DNA of 46,048 bases from an uncultured Clostridia bacterium (GTDB lineage: Bacteria; Bacillota; Clostridia; Christensenellales; CAG-314), in NCBI GenBank assembly GCA_947630455.1, contig CANRHP010000006.1:1-46048 (forward strand), read 5' to 3'. The position numbers and the translations under genes were made by a program. Below the pieces are notes generated by a model, which worked only from the letters and a program-made list of their open reading frames with translations, was not told the DNA's origin and did no database searches. Below, one piece after another: positions 7,983 to 18,949 of the stretch; the stretch's first letter is position 1, and every line of letters begins with the position of its first letter.

Positions 7983-8236
7983 GCTGCGTAATAGGGGCTT
8001 GACGCGCAAGGTTACTGAGACAACAGAAAACTTGCTGCCTACCCAGCAACGCCGAGAGCGTTGTGACCGAACGATTTTAATGCAGTATCAGGCGCTAAGT
8101 GACCTCGAAATTCAAACTGGCGCAGATATTTTTACGGCAAACTTTGTTTGCTTTATTAAAAGGCGCAGCAGGAAACACACGGCAGTGTTGTTGCCCGAAA
8201 CGGTTCGGAAACAAAACAAACAAGGAGAAAGAGACT
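7983..8236 (+). ncRNA. S10 operon 5' leader, candidate ribosomal leader RNA
   Basis: About 250 nt untranslated before rpsJ; stem GCAAGGTT..AACTTGC resembles clostridial S10 leaders from memory; further hairpin CAACGC..GCGTTG. Confidence 0.55.
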
Positions 8237-8545
8237 ATGGCAACACAAAGAATCAGAATCAAACTAAAGTCTTACGACCACAACCTTGTAGACCTCGCAT
8301 GTTCAAAGATTGTCGAGGCGGCACAAAAAATGGGTAGTAAGGTTTCCGGTCCTATTCCTCTTCCCACAGAGAAGGAGATTGTGACCGTGCTGCGCGCTAC
8401 GCACAAGTATAAGGATGCGCGTGAGCAATTCGAACTAAGAACATACAAGCGCTTGATAGACATCTACAGTCCCAATGCAAAAACGGTCGACTCTCTCACG
8501 AAGCTGGATTTGCCCGCGGGTATCGACGTCAAAATCAAGCTCTGA
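8237..8545 (+). CDS. rpsJ: 30S ribosomal protein S10
   Basis: [32 protein letters not shown]; start MATQ after AAGGAG. Confidence 0.98.
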   Translation: MATQRIRIKLKSYDHNLVDLACSKIVEAAQKMGSKVSGPIPLPTEKEIVTVLRATHKYKDAREQFELRTYKRLIDIYSPNAKTVDSLTKLDLPAGIDVKIKL

Positions 8546-8571
8546 TAATAAAAGGAGGATGAACTTTATCT

Positions 8572-9198
8572 ATGAATAAAGCAATCATTGGTAAAAAGTT
8601 GGGAATGACGCAGGTATTCCTCAACGACGGAACGATGGTTCCGGTAACGGTAATTCAAGCCGGTCCCTGCACCGTTACGCAAGTAAAAACAAAGGAACGC
8701 GACGGTTACGAAGCTATCCAACTGGGCTTTGAGGAAGTTTCCGAAAAGAAGCTCAACAAGCCCCAACTCGGACACCTGAAAGCAAGCAATACGCTGGTCA
8801 AGCATCTTCACGAGTTCTGTCTTGAAGACTCATCGCTTGCCGTCGGTGCAAAGGTGACGTGTGACGCATTTGTCGAGGGCGACTTCGTAGACGTCACGGG
8901 AATCACCAAGGGTCACGGTTTCAGCGGTGTTATAAAGCGTTGGAATCAGCACAGGCTCAAGGAAACTCACGGCGTGGGTCCCGTCCACAGAGAAGTTGGT
9001 TCCATGGGTCCCATCAGCAGCCCTTCGCGTGTTATGCCGGGTAAAAACCTCCCCGGACACTACGGTGTAGAGCAAGTGACGGTTTTGAATCTCTCGGTAG
9101 TAAAAGTCGACAAGGAGAGAGGGGTGCTGCTCGTTAAGGGCGCAGTTCCCGGGGCAAAGAACGGAATTGTTTACGTTCGCAACGCCGTAAAGAAATAA
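8572..9198 (+). CDS. rplC: 50S ribosomal protein L3
   Basis: GKKLGMTQVF..PVTVI..DGYEAIQLG..KGAVPG. Confidence 0.98.
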   Translation: MNKAIIGKKLGMTQVFLNDGTMVPVTVIQAGPCTVTQVKTKERDGYEAIQLGFEEVSEKKLNKPQLGHLKASNTLVKHLHEFCLEDSSLAVGAKVTCDAFVEGDFVDVTGITKGHGFSGVIKRWNQHRLKETHGVGPVHREVGSMGPISSPSRVMPGKNLPGHYGVEQVTVLNLSVVKVDKERGVLLVKGAVPGAKNGIVYVRNAVKK

Positions 9199-9218
9199 GG
9201 TGACAAGGAGTAAGAAAA

Positions 9219-9842
9219 ATGCAAGTTAAAGTATTCAATACAAAGGCTGCAGAAGTGGGAACGCTGGAACTCAGCGATGCTGTGTTTGGCTGCGACTACA
9301 ACGAGCCCCTCATTCACCAGTCGGTAGTGACCTATCTGGCAAATCAGCGCCAAGGTACCAAATCGGCGCTTACTCGCACAGAGGTTCGCGGCGGCGGCAT
9401 AAAGCCATGGAGACAAAAGGGTACCGGACGTGCAAGACAAGGCAGTATCCGTGCTCCGCAATGGACTAAGGGCGGCGTCGTTTTTGCACCCAAGCCGCGC
9501 GACTTCAGCAAAAAGATCAACAAAAAGATGAAGGCTCAGGCTTTTCGCAGTGCAATCAGCTACAAGGTTGCGAACAACGAACTTGTGGTTGTGGATGAAA
9601 TCAAGCTGGACGCACCCAAAACCAAGCTTGTGGCGGAAATTCTCAAAAGTTTCAGCTTCGAAAAGAAGACCCTTCTGCTCGTATCCGGCGACAGTGCGGA
9701 TATCGTAAGAGCGGGTGCAAACATTCAGACCCTCACTATTACAGACGCAAACCTCGCCAATGTGTATGAGCTGGTCGCAAACGTCAACATTATCGCTACA
9801 AAGGACGCAATCAAGCAGATTGAGGAGGCATATTCGCTATGA
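9219..9842 (+). CDS. rplD: 50S ribosomal protein L4
   Basis: RQGTKS..GGGIKPWRQKGTGRARQGSIRAPQW. Confidence 0.98.
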   Translation: MQVKVFNTKAAEVGTLELSDAVFGCDYNEPLIHQSVVTYLANQRQGTKSALTRTEVRGGGIKPWRQKGTGRARQGSIRAPQWTKGGVVFAPKPRDFSKKINKKMKAQAFRSAISYKVANNELVVVDEIKLDAPKTKLVAEILKSFSFEKKTLLLVSGDSADIVRAGANIQTLTITDANLANVYELVANVNIIATKDAIKQIEEAYSL

Positions 9843-10129
9843 ATTCATACGACATTCTCATTCGACCCGTATTGACGGAAAAAAGCTACGCCAACATACC
9901 GCAGAAAATCTACACTTTCGAAGTCCACAAGGGCGCCAACAAGGTGCAGATCAAAAATGCGGTGGAAGAAATTTTCGGCGTAAAAGTGCAACAAGTTACT
10001 ACATCTACCGTAAAAGGTAAGCTAAGAAGACAGGGCAGAACCCAAGGTTACACGCCTACGTGGAAAAAGGCAACGATCCGCCTCACCGCCGACAGTAAAG
10101 CCATTGAGTTCTTCAACAGTCTGTCCTGA
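9839..10129 (+). CDS. rplW: 50S ribosomal protein L23
   Basis: RPVLTEKS..ANKVQIKNAVEEIFGVKV..WKKA. Confidence 0.98.
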   Translation: MNSYDILIRPVLTEKSYANIPQKIYTFEVHKGANKVQIKNAVEEIFGVKVQQVTTSTVKGKLRRQGRTQGYTPTWKKATIRLTADSKAIEFFNSLS

Positions 10130-10147
10130 TGACGGAGGATAAAGATT

Positions 10148-10972
10148 ATGGCTATTAAAAAATATAAACCCACATCTCCCGCACGCCGTTTCATGTCTGT
10201 TTCGACGTATGAGGAAATCACAAAAACCACTCCGGAAAAGAGCCTTCTTGCGGTAAGCAAAAAGACCGGCGGCAGAAATGCCACGGGTAAAATTACCGTT
10301 CGTCACATTGGCGGCGGCAACCGTATCAAGTACCGTATAATCGACTTCAAGCGCGACAAGAGCGTTCCCGCAAAGGTTGCGGCAATCGAATACGATCCCA
10401 ACCGTACAGCAAACATCGCACTGCTGCATTACGCAGACGGCGAAAAGAGATACATTCTCGCTCCCGTCGGGCTCAATGTCGGTGACACGGTGGAAGCCAG
10501 CGCCACGGCGGATATCAAGGTGGGCAACAATCTTCCTCTCGAGAATATTCCCGTCGGTACGATTGTGCACAACATCGAGATGAATCCCGGCAAGGGCGGA
10601 CAAATCGCCCGCGCGGCAGGAATATTCGCACAGTTGATGGCAAAGGAAGGCAAATACGCAACGCTGCGTATGCCAAGCGGCGAAATGAGACTGATTTTGC
10701 TCAAGTGCCACGCGACAATTGGTCAAGTTGGAAACCTCGATCACGAGATCGTGAGCATCGGCAAGGCCGGCAAAAAACGTCATATGGGAGTTAAACCCAC
10801 GGTTCGCGGCAGTGTAATGAACCCTTGCGACCACCCTCACGGCGGCGGCGAAGGCAAATCGCCTGTCGGACGTCCCGGTCCTGTAACACCTTGGGGCAAG
10901 CCTGCACTTGGTTACAAGACGAGAAAGAAGAAAAAAGCTTCCAACAAATTTATTGTAAAACGTATCAACTAA
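10148..10972 (+). CDS. rplB: 50S ribosomal protein L2
   Basis: [26 protein letters not shown]. Confidence 0.99.
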   Translation: MAIKKYKPTSPARRFMSVSTYEEITKTTPEKSLLAVSKKTGGRNATGKITVRHIGGGNRIKYRIIDFKRDKSVPAKVAAIEYDPNRTANIALLHYADGEKRYILAPVGLNVGDTVEASATADIKVGNNLPLENIPVGTIVHNIEMNPGKGGQIARAAGIFAQLMAKEGKYATLRMPSGEMRLILLKCHATIGQVGNLDHEIVSIGKAGKKRHMGVKPTVRGSVMNPCDHPHGGGEGKSPVGRPGPVTPWGKPALGYKTRKKKKASNKFIVKRIN

Positions 10973-10986
10973 TCGGAGGATAGACA

Positions 10987-11265
10987 ATGAGTAGATCGAT
11001 TAAAAAAGGACCTTACGTTCAACCCGCGCTTCTTAAGAGAGTGCAAGAAATGAACGCCAAAGGCGAAAAGAAAGTTTTGAAAACATGGTCGAGAAGTTCT
11101 ACGATCTTCCCCGATTTTGTAGGACACACCATAGCTGTTCACGATGGCAAAAAGCATGTTCCCGTGTATATCACGGAGGATATGGTAGGTTTGAAGTTGG
11201 GCGAATTTGCCCCCACGAGAACCTTCAGAGGACACGCGGGCAGCAAAACCGCAGGCGCCAAATAG
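10987..11265 (+). CDS. rpsS: 30S ribosomal protein S19
   Basis: [28 protein letters not shown]. Confidence 0.98.
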   Translation: MSRSIKKGPYVQPALLKRVQEMNAKGEKKVLKTWSRSSTIFPDFVGHTIAVHDGKKHVPVYITEDMVGLKLGEFAPTRTFRGHAGSKTAGAK

Positions 11266-11278
11266 GAGGATATGAAAA

Positions 11279-11665
11279 ATGGCTACAAGAAGTAAAGCAA
11301 AGGCTTTGGTACGTGCCGAAAACAAAGATAAACGCCCCAAGGCAATAGCGAAGTACATCCGCATTTCTCCTTCAAAGGTTATGATCGTGCTGGATCTCAT
11401 CCGCGGTCGTAACTACAAGGACGCCGTTGCAATTTTAAAGACAACTCCAAAGGTAGCATGCGAGCCGGTTTTGAAGTGCCTCAACTCGGCGGCAGCCAAT
11501 GCCGAGGTCAATCTCGGCATGAATAAAGACGCTCTTTACGTGGCGGAATGTTTTGCAGATCAGGGGCCGACGCTCAAGAGAATGCAGCCCGTTTCCCGCG
11601 GCAGAGGATATCGTATCCTGAAGAGAACCAGTCACATCACCGTGATTTTGGACGAGAGAGCGTAA
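11279..11665 (+). CDS. rplV: 50S ribosomal protein L22 (short N-terminal extension)
   Basis: KYIRISPSK..SAAANAE..KRTSHITV. Confidence 0.97.
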   Translation: MATRSKAKALVRAENKDKRPKAIAKYIRISPSKVMIVLDLIRGRNYKDAVAILKTTPKVACEPVLKCLNSAAANAEVNLGMNKDALYVAECFADQGPTLKRMQPVSRGRGYRILKRTSHITVILDERA

Positions 11666-11678
11666 GGAGGACTAATTT

Positions 11679-12359
11679 ATGGGACAAAAAGTTAATCCGC
11701 ACGGATTTAGAGTAGGTGTAATTCAGGATTGGAATGCAAAGTGGATTGCAGACAAAAAGGAATTTGCCAAGTATATCAAAGAGGACGATGTCATTCGTAC
11801 CACACTTAAAAACAAGTACTATCAATCCGGCATAAGCAAAATTGTTGTAGAAAGAAGCGATGGTAAGGTCGTCGTCGATATCCACACCGGACGTCCCGGC
11901 GTGCTTATCGGAAAGGCAGGCGCCGGCGCAGATGAGATCAAGGCGCTGCTGCAGAAGATTGTCGGTGACAAAGCCGTTGCCGTCAACATCATAGAAATCA
12001 AGCGTCCCGATATGGATGCTCAGCTTGTTGCGGAAGCCATCGCTGCTCAGCTTGAAAAGCGTATTTCTTTCCGCAGGGCGATGCGTCAATGCATGGGCAG
12101 AGCAACCCGCAGCGGAGCAAAGGGAATCAAAACCATGGTTTCCGGACGTTTGGACGGCGCGGAAATCGCCCGTTGCGAACAATATCATGAAGGCTCCATC
12201 CCCCTGCACACACTGAGAGCGGACATCGACTACGGTTATGCCATTGCTCACACAACCTTCGGCGTCATAGGCGTAAAGGTTTGGGTGTACAAGGGAGAAG
12301 TTCTTCCCAAAAAGAAAAAGACCGTAAAAAAGGAGGTAGCTGAAAATGTTAATGCCTAA
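11679..12359 (+). CDS. rpsC: 30S ribosomal protein S3
   Basis: [24 protein letters not shown]. Confidence 0.99.
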   Translation: MGQKVNPHGFRVGVIQDWNAKWIADKKEFAKYIKEDDVIRTTLKNKYYQSGISKIVVERSDGKVVVDIHTGRPGVLIGKAGAGADEIKALLQKIVGDKAVAVNIIEIKRPDMDAQLVAEAIAAQLEKRISFRRAMRQCMGRATRSGAKGIKTMVSGRLDGAEIARCEQYHEGSIPLHTLRADIDYGYAIAHTTFGVIGVKVWVYKGEVLPKKKKTVKKEVAENVNA

Positions 12360-12780
12360 AAGAGTAAAAAGACGCCGTCAATTCCGCGGAAGAATGAAGG
12401 GCGAAGCTCACAAGGGCAACAAGGTTGCTTACGGTGAGTACGGTCTCCAAGCGTTGGAATGCGGCTGGATTACCTCCAATCAGATAGAGGCGGCTCGTGT
12501 CGCTATGACGCGTTTTGTAAAACGTGGCGGTAAGGTTTGGGTGGACATATTCCCTCACAAGCCCGTCACCAAGAAACCCGCAGAAACACGTATGGGTTCC
12601 GGTAAAGGTTCTCCCGAGTATTGGGTGGCAGTTGTAAAGCCGGGCAGAGTTATGTTCGAGATGGCAGGTGTTCCCGAGGAAACCGCACGCGAAGCTCTGC
12701 GTCTGGCAAGTCACAAACTTCCCGTCAAGTGCAAGTTTGTGAAAAAGGAAGACGAGGTGAATGCAGATGAAAGCAAGTAA
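12346..12780 (+). CDS. rplP: 50S ribosomal protein L16
   Basis: [20 protein letters not shown]. Confidence 0.99.
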   Translation: MLMPKRVKRRRQFRGRMKGEAHKGNKVAYGEYGLQALECGWITSNQIEAARVAMTRFVKRGGKVWVDIFPHKPVTKKPAETRMGSGKGSPEYWVAVVKPGRVMFEMAGVPEETAREALRLASHKLPVKCKFVKKEDEVNADESK

Positions 12781-12967
12781 TGTTCGCGAACTCAGCAACG
12801 AAGAATTGGTGGCAAAGCTCGCCGATCTCAAAAAAGAGTTGTTCAACCTGCGTTTGTCTCACGCAACAGGACAACTCAACAACCCGCTTCAACTCAACAG
12901 TGTCAAAAAGGACATTGCAAGAGTCAAAACGGTGCTCCGCGAGAGAGAGCATGCCGGCAGGGCTTAA
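12767..12967 (+). CDS. rpmC: 50S ribosomal protein L29
   Basis: [26 protein letters not shown]; GAGGTG RBS favours the 12767 start. Confidence 0.96.
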   Translation: MKASNVRELSNEELVAKLADLKKELFNLRLSHATGQLNNPLQLNSVKKDIARVKTVLREREHAGRA

Positions 12968-12980
12968 GTGAGGTACAACT

Positions 12981-13235
12981 ATGGAAAGAAATAGCAGAAA
13001 AGAAAGAGTCGGCATCGTTGTTTCCGACAAAATGGACAAAACGATTGTCGTTGCAGTGGTTAATAAATATAAGCACCCTCTTTACAAAAAGACGGTGTCC
13101 AAAACCAAAAAATACAAGGCGCATGACGAGCTTAACGAATGCGGAGTGGGCGATACCGTCCGTATTGTTGAGACAAGAAAACTGTCCAAAGACAAGAATT
13201 GGCGCCTGTTGGAAATAGTAGAAAAGGCTAAGTAG
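12981..13235 (+). CDS. rpsQ: 30S ribosomal protein S17
   Basis: [25 protein letters not shown]. Confidence 0.98.
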   Translation: MERNSRKERVGIVVSDKMDKTIVVAVVNKYKHPLYKKTVSKTKKYKAHDELNECGVGDTVRIVETRKLSKDKNWRLLEIVEKAK

Positions 13236-13247
13236 GAGGACGGCGCA

Positions 13248-13616
13248 ATGATTCAGGTACAAACAAGACTTAAAGCAGCCGACAACAGCGGCGCGAAAGA
13301 GCTTATGTGCATCAAGGTGCTTGGAGGCTCCTCTCGTAAGTTCGGCAATATCGGCGACGTCATCGTTGCCAGCGTCAAGAGCGCAAACCCCGGCGGAGTT
13401 GTCAAAAAGGGCGACGTCGTCAAGGCTGTGATCGTAAGAAGCGCCTTCGGTATCAACCGTAAGGACGGCACGCATATTCGTTTTGACGACAATGCCGCAG
13501 TAATCATAGATCAACAAAAGCAACCCAGAGGCACCCGTATTTTTGGGCCGGTAGCAAGAGAGCTTCGTGAAAAAGACTATATGAAGATCGTGTCTCTCGC
13601 ACCGGAAGTGCTGTAA
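13248..13616 (+). CDS. rplN: 50S ribosomal protein L14
   Basis: [33 protein letters not shown]. Confidence 0.99.
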   Translation: MIQVQTRLKAADNSGAKELMCIKVLGGSSRKFGNIGDVIVASVKSANPGGVVKKGDVVKAVIVRSAFGINRKDGTHIRFDDNAAVIIDQQKQPRGTRIFGPVARELREKDYMKIVSLAPEVL

Positions 13617-13631
13617 TCAGGAGGTAAAACC

Positions 13632-14042
13632 ATGGCAAGTATGAACATCAGGTCCGGTGACACCGTTGAAGTCATTGTTGGCGGCGTTGCCAACCGCGGC
13701 AAGCGCGGAAAGGTAATCGTTGTCAACCCCGAAACACACAGGGTAGTTGTAGAAGGACTCAATCTGGTCACTAAGCACAGGAAACCACGTTCAGCGCAAG
13801 AGCAGGGCGGCAAGTTTGAACAACCCCGTCCCATCGACGTAAGCAATGTAGCGCTCGTTTGCCCCAAGTGCGGACAAGCCACCCGCGTCAATCATGTGCT
13901 CGGCGACAACGGAAAATATCTTAGAAGTTGTCACAAGTGCGGCGCTGTTATCGACACTCGTGCGGAGAAAAAGCAAACGAGAACGGCAAAATCCAAGGCA
14001 GCTCCCCAAAAGTCCAAAAAGACTAAGTCCGATGAAGAATAA
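13632..14042 (+). CDS. rplX: 50S ribosomal protein L24 (two CxxC motifs, basic C-terminal tail)
   Basis: KOW motif [22 protein letters not shown]; PIDVSNV. Confidence 0.96.
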   Translation: MASMNIRSGDTVEVIVGGVANRGKRGKVIVVNPETHRVVVEGLNLVTKHRKPRSAQEQGGKFEQPRPIDVSNVALVCPKCGQATRVNHVLGDNGKYLRSCHKCGAVIDTRAEKKQTRTAKSKAAPQKSKKTKSDEE

Positions 14043-14053
14043 GGAGGAACAAA

Positions 14054-14635
14054 ATGGCTACAAAGAAAAACGAAGCTGCGGCAGCTAAGGCTCCCGTAGA
14101 GTGCAGACTGAGAGATCTGTACAAACAAACAGTCGTTCCTCAACTTATCAAGGAATTCGGCTACACCAATATAAATCAGGTTCCGCGTTTGGAAAAGATC
14201 GTGCTTAATGCAGGTCTTGGCGATGTCAAGGACAACAGCAAATCCTTCCAGCTCGCCGTTGAGGAACTCAAAATAATATCCGGTCAAAAGCCCCTTGTAA
14301 CCAACAGCAAGCTGTCGGTTGCAAACTTCAAGGTCAGAAAGGGCATGGCAGTAGGAGCAAAAGTAACTCTGAGAGGCGAACGTATGTATTCGTTCTTCGA
14401 CAAGCTGGTCAGCATTGCGCTGCCGAGAGTCAGAGACTTCCGCGGCGTCAACACCAACCTCGACGGACGCGGCAATTACACGCTGGGCATTCGCGAACAG
14501 CTCATTTTCCCCGAAATTGTTTACGATCAGGTGGAAAAAACCCGTGGCTTCGACGTAACATTTGTTACAACCGCAAAAACGGATGCCGAAGGCAAAGCGC
14601 TGCTCAAATATTTGGGTATGCCCTTCAGAGCTTAG
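14054..14635 (+). CDS. rplE: 50S ribosomal protein L5
   Basis: [28 protein letters not shown]. Confidence 0.98.
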   Translation: MATKKNEAAAAKAPVECRLRDLYKQTVVPQLIKEFGYTNINQVPRLEKIVLNAGLGDVKDNSKSFQLAVEELKIISGQKPLVTNSKLSVANFKVRKGMAVGAKVTLRGERMYSFFDKLVSIALPRVRDFRGVNTNLDGRGNYTLGIREQLIFPEIVYDQVEKTRGFDVTFVTTAKTDAEGKALLKYLGMPFRA

Positions 14636-14646
14636 TGAGGTAAATT

Positions 14647-14832
14647 ATGGCAAAGAAATCAATGATAAACAAACAACAAAGAACACCCAAGTATTCCACG
14701 CGCGGATATACCCGTTGTTCTATCTGCGGTCGTCCCCACGCGGTTTTGCGTAAGTACGGAATTTGCAGAATTTGTTTCAGAGAAAAGGCGTATAAGGGAG
14801 AAATCCCCGGCGTAAAAAAAGCAAGCTGGTAA
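14647..14832 (+). CDS. rpsZ: 30S ribosomal protein S14, zinc-binding type Z
   Basis: 61 aa, [21 protein letters not shown]. Confidence 0.97.
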   Translation: MAKKSMINKQQRTPKYSTRGYTRCSICGRPHAVLRKYGICRICFREKAYKGEIPGVKKASW

Positions 14833-14845
14833 GGAGGAAAATAGA

Positions 14846-15244
14846 ATGGTTGTTACAGATCCTATTGCTGATATGCTCACACGTATCAGAAACGCTATCA
14901 CAGCTAAACACGCCGACGTAGAAATTCCCTCTTCCAAAACCAAAAAGGCTATCGTGGACATCCTGCTCGAGGAAGGTTACATTGAAAGCTATGAGGTAGT
15001 GGAGCATGAGCTGCAAAACACTATTAAAGTGACGCTCAAGTACGGCTACAAAGGCGAAAGAGTTATCACAGGTCTCAAACGTATCAGTAAACCCGGTTTA
15101 AGAGTTTATGCCAAGAGCAGCGAGCTGCCCAAGGTGTTGAACGGATTGGGAATCGCAATCGTGTCCACAAGCAAGGGCATTATGACTGACAAGAATGCGC
15201 GCAGCCAAAATCTCGGCGGCGAAGTGCTTGCGTACGTATGGTAA
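14846..15244 (+). CDS. rpsH: 30S ribosomal protein S8
   Basis: [32 protein letters not shown]. Confidence 0.99.
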   Translation: MVVTDPIADMLTRIRNAITAKHADVEIPSSKTKKAIVDILLEEGYIESYEVVEHELQNTIKVTLKYGYKGERVITGLKRISKPGLRVYAKSSELPKVLNGLGIAIVSTSKGIMTDKNARSQNLGGEVLAYVW

Positions 15245-15255
15245 GGAGGTAGGAC

Positions 15256-15798
15256 ATGTCAAGAATCGGAAATAAACCTATCACTTTGCCTGCAGGCGTA
15301 ACTCTTACAATTGATGACGGATTAGTAACCGTCAAGGGTGCAAAGGGTACGCTCAGCCGTCACGTGGATAAGTGCATCGGCGTCAAGGTCGAAGGCGCAA
15401 CAGTTACACTCAATATTGTCGATGCTTCGGAAGACGATGTTCAAGCCAAGCACGGCTTGTATAGAGCGCTTCTTGCCAATATGGTAAAGGGCGTGAGCGA
15501 GGGCTTTAGCCGCAACCTGATCATCAACGGTGTGGGCTACAAGGCAACGGTCAATGGTGACAAGCTTGTGTTGAATATCGGTTACTCTCACCCCATCGAA
15601 GTGGTTGCTCCCCAAGGCATATCCTTCTCCTGCCCCTCTCAGACGGAAGTCGTCGTGAGCGGCATTGACAAGGAGCTTGTAGGTCAAACCGCGGCAAACA
15701 TCAAGGCAAAACGTCCTGTCGAGCCTTATCACGCTTACGGCGTCCGTTACAAAGAGGAAGCTGTCGTGCTCAAGGAAGGCAAGAAAGCCGGTAAGTAA
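15256..15798 (+). CDS. rplF: 50S ribosomal protein L6
   Basis: MSRIGNKPI..GYSHP..RPVEPYHAYGVRY. Confidence 0.98.
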   Translation: MSRIGNKPITLPAGVTLTIDDGLVTVKGAKGTLSRHVDKCIGVKVEGATVTLNIVDASEDDVQAKHGLYRALLANMVKGVSEGFSRNLIINGVGYKATVNGDKLVLNIGYSHPIEVVAPQGISFSCPSQTEVVVSGIDKELVGQTAANIKAKRPVEPYHAYGVRYKEEAVVLKEGKKAGK

Positions 15799-15810
15799 GG
15801 AGTGTAGACT

Positions 15811-16164
15811 ATGATAAAGAAAATAAACAAAAATGCGGACAGACAAGTTCGCCATGCAAGAGTAAGAAAAAAGGTATTCGGCACGTCGGTTAAACCCCGT
15901 CTGTGTGTTTATCGTTCCACAAACTACATCTATGCTCAGGTAATCGACGACATCAACGGCAAAACGCTTTGTGCAAGCAGCAGTCTTGCATTGAAGTCTG
16001 ACGGCAACAAAACGGCGCAAGCCAAGGCGGTAGGTGCGGACATCGCCGCAAAAGCCGCTAAGTTAGGCGTAAGCGAAGTTGTTTTTGATCGCGGCGGCTA
16101 CATCTACACGGGTAGAGTTGCTGCGTTGGCAGACGGCGCAAGAGAAGCCGGACTCAAATTCTAA
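15811..16164 (+). CDS. rplR: 50S ribosomal protein L18
   Basis: [36 protein letters not shown]. Confidence 0.98.
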   Translation: MIKKINKNADRQVRHARVRKKVFGTSVKPRLCVYRSTNYIYAQVIDDINGKTLCASSSLALKSDGNKTAQAKAVGADIAAKAAKLGVSEVVFDRGGYIYTGRVAALADGAREAGLKF

Positions 16165-16178
16165 TCGGAGGAAAAACA

Positions 16179-16805
16179 ATGGAAAACGTACAAGAAGTCG
16201 AAGTTGTTGCAGCAGAGCAACAACAGGATCAAGCTCCGAAAACAGAGCAACCAAGACGTAACTTCCGCGACAATCGCTCCGACAACAGAAAGGGCGGCAG
16301 ACGCAACAATCGTGACAGAGAAGTCAAGGAAGACGACGGTCTTATCAAAAAGACGGTAGCGATCAACCGTGTCACCAAGGTCGTTAAGGGCGGCCGTACA
16401 ATGCGTTTCAGTGCGTTGTGCGTTGTCGGCGACGGCAAGGGAATGGTCGGCGTAGGTATGGCGAAAGCCGCCGAAGTTCCCCAAGCAATAGAAAAGGCCA
16501 ACCTTCGCGCAAAGAAGGCAATGGTAAACGTTGCGTTGATGGATACAACAATTCCTCACGAAACGATAGGCAAGTTTGGTAAGGGATACGTGCTGCTTAT
16601 GCCTGCTCAACCCGGTACCGGTGTTATTGCGGGCGGTCCGGTGCGTAATGTATTGGAAGCGGTAGGTATCAAGGACATTCGTACCAAATCCTACGGCTCC
16701 AACAATCCCGTCAACTGTGTCAAAGCAACCTTCAACGGACTCAGAAGTCTCAGAAGTAAAGAGCATATCGCTCAGCTACGCGGCAAAAACGTTGAAGAAA
16801 TTTAG
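16179..16805 (+). CDS. rpsE: 30S ribosomal protein S5 (N-terminal extension)
   Basis: [20 protein letters not shown]. Confidence 0.98.
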   Translation: MENVQEVEVVAAEQQQDQAPKTEQPRRNFRDNRSDNRKGGRRNNRDREVKEDDGLIKKTVAINRVTKVVKGGRTMRFSALCVVGDGKGMVGVGMAKAAEVPQAIEKANLRAKKAMVNVALMDTTIPHETIGKFGKGYVLLMPAQPGTGVIAGGPVRNVLEAVGIKDIRTKSYGSNNPVNCVKATFNGLRSLRSKEHIAQLRGKNVEEI

Positions 16806-16816
16806 GGAGGTGCACA

Positions 16817-17122
16817 ATGGCTACTAAAAAGGTGAAAAAAGCAGAAGCAAAACAGCCTCTCTACATTAACGGCAGATACGTGGTGGAGCATGAATTGCCC
16901 GCAAAGCCCGTCAAGGGGGACAAGCCCTACGAAGAGGCAAAGGGACAGCTCAAAGTTACTCTCGTAAAAAGCACGGCAGGCTGTCTCAAAGAACAACAGG
17001 CTACGGTAGCGGCTCTCGGTCTCACTAAGATCCGCACCAGCAACGTTTTGCCCGACAATGCGGCAACTCGCGGTATGATCTTCAAGGTGAAGCACCTTGT
17101 TGCCGTGGAAGAACTAAAGTAG
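16817..17122 (+). CDS. rpmD: 50S ribosomal protein L30 with a long N-terminal extension
   Basis: C-terminal part LKVTLVKS..ALGLTKI..RGMIFKVKHLV is L30; GGAGGTG RBS before the only ATG. Confidence 0.93.
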   Translation: MATKKVKKAEAKQPLYINGRYVVEHELPAKPVKGDKPYEEAKGQLKVTLVKSTAGCLKEQQATVAALGLTKIRTSNVLPDNAATRGMIFKVKHLVAVEELK

Positions 17123-17131
17123 GAGGCTATC

Positions 17132-17575
17132 ATGAGAATACATTCAATTCAACCCGCCGTCGGAGCAACCACCTCCGAAAAGAGACTGGGTAGAGGTATC
17201 GGAAGCGGCCTCGGCAAAACAAGCGGAAAAGGTCACAAGGGTCAATGGGCTCGCAGTGGCGGCGGTGTTCGTCCCGGCTTCGAAGGCGGTCAGACTCCCC
17301 TTGCAAGACGTATTCCCAAGCGTGGTTTCAACAACAAATTCAGAGTTGAGTACGACATTGTAAACATTGACGCGCTCAATGTGTTTGAAAATGACACTGT
17401 TGTAACATACGATCTGCTCGCAGAGCGGCGTATCGTTGGCGGCAAACACAATGCACTCAAGGTTCTCGGCAACGGAACCCTTACCAAAAAGCTTACTGTC
17501 AAGGCAGACAAGTTTTCCGCATCGGCAAAACAAGCAATCGAAGCGGCAGGCGGTGTAGCAGAGGTAGCTGAATAA
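17132..17575 (+). CDS. rplO: 50S ribosomal protein L15
   Basis: [30 protein letters not shown]. Confidence 0.99.
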   Translation: MRIHSIQPAVGATTSEKRLGRGIGSGLGKTSGKGHKGQWARSGGGVRPGFEGGQTPLARRIPKRGFNNKFRVEYDIVNIDALNVFENDTVVTYDLLAERRIVGGKHNALKVLGNGTLTKKLTVKADKFSASAKQAIEAAGGVAEVAE

Positions 17576-18948
17576 TGTTTGAGACCATCAGGAATGCCTT
17601 TAAGATAAAGGACGTACGCAAAAAAATCTTTATGACAATCCTCTTTATCATTTTGTTCAGAGTGGGTTGTTATATCACCGTTCCCGGACTGAATAACATT
17701 TCCAGCGAGTTGGCGTCACAAGAAAACATGAACATCTTTGGATTGCTCAACTCCATTACGGGCAGCGCGCTCAGTCAGGGTACTCTCTTTTCTCTCGGCA
17801 TTTCTCCGTACATCAATGCATCAATTATTGTGCAGTTGTTGACGGTCGCCATTCCCGCTCTCGAAAGAATGTCGAAAGAAGGCGATGAGGGTAGAAAAAA
17901 AATAGATAAAATTACCCGTTGGGTAACGCTCGTACTGGCTATAGTCAGTGCGGTAGGTATCTTTATAACACTCAAAAATCAGTACAGCTATGTCAATACC
18001 GGCTGGCTTGGCGGACAGTATGCCACATTCTTTGCGTCCACGGGCGGTCAATGGATTATGGGCATCTACATAGTGGCTGTTTTGGTTGGCGGCAGCATGC
18101 TTTGCATGTGGATCGGTGAGCGTATTACCGAATATGGTGTATCAAACGGTATTTCGCTTCTGATTTTCGTAGGTATTGTTGCAACCGCAGCTCAACAGCT
18201 GTTTGCATCATTCGCCGCGCAAAACGGTTGGATCGAAGCGCTCATCTTCCTTGTCGGACTGGTTCTTGTGTTTGCATTCATCGTTTGGGTAGACGGCGCG
18301 GAAAGAAAGATCAAGGTTCAGTACGCAAAGCAGGTAAAGGGCAACAAAATGTACGGTGGACAATCCACTTACATTCCCGTCAAAGTCAATGCAAGCGGCG
18401 TTATGCCTTTGATTTTTGCCTATGCGTTGATGAGCTTCCCATCAATGATCATTCAAACATTTTGGCCCAACACGCCATTTGAAAATTGGTGGACAACGTA
18501 TCTGACTTCCGGCAACGGCAACCCAATAGGTACGGTTGTATACAATGTCATTTTGGCAATACTGATATTTGTGTTTGCGTATTTTTATTCGCAAATTCAA
18601 TTCAATCCCGTCGAAATTTCCCGCAACATTCAAAACAACGGCGGTTTCGTTATGGGTATCCGTCCTGGCAGAGAAACGGCAGAGTACCTTGCCAAGGTTG
18701 TATCGCGTATCACCCTTTGGGGCGCTGTATTCCTTGCGATAATTGCATTCGTACCCTCCATTCTGTTCTCTATACCGGGCTGGGTAGGCTTGCGCACCAA
18801 CTCGCAGTTGGTGTCAAGTATGAGCGCGACAGGTATGCTGATTGTAGTTTCCGTTGCACTCGAATTCAACAAAGCATTGGAAAATCAAATTCTGATGCGT
18901 CACTACAAAGGTTTGCTTGGATCCAATTCCAAAGGATTTTTGAAATAG
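17575..18948 (+). CDS. secY: Preprotein translocase subunit SecY
   Basis: SLGISPYINASII..WIGERIT..GISLLIF..GIRPG; multiple TM helices; spc operon position. Confidence 0.98.
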   Translation: MFETIRNAFKIKDVRKKIFMTILFIILFRVGCYITVPGLNNISSELASQENMNIFGLLNSITGSALSQGTLFSLGISPYINASIIVQLLTVAIPALERMSKEGDEGRKKIDKITRWVTLVLAIVSAVGIFITLKNQYSYVNTGWLGGQYATFFASTGGQWIMGIYIVAVLVGGSMLCMWIGERITEYGVSNGISLLIFVGIVATAAQQLFASFAAQNGWIEALIFLVGLVLVFAFIVWVDGAERKIKVQYAKQVKGNKMYGGQSTYIPVKVNASGVMPLIFAYALMSFPSMIIQTFWPNTPFENWWTTYLTSGNGNPIGTVVYNVILAILIFVFAYFYSQIQFNPVEISRNIQNNGGFVMGIRPGRETAEYLAKVVSRITLWGAVFLAIIAFVPSILFSIPGWVGLRTNSQLVSSMSATGMLIVVSVALEFNKALENQILMRHYKGLLGSNSKGFLK

Positions 18949-18949
18949 T

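Noticed and set aside
8099-8236. N-terminal extension of S10 in the ORF track
   Set aside because: The real start is ATG 8237 after AAGGAG; the upstream sequence is the leader. Over-long starts for oppC, infA, bsh, the PrsA-like gene and maf were trimmed for similar reasons
10022-10987. 321-aa minus-strand ORF, and similar ones at 11637-12251, 15322-16020, 21595-22566 and 22863-23690
   Set aside because: Antisense shadows of highly expressed ribosomal genes, explained by codon bias; no recognisable motifs
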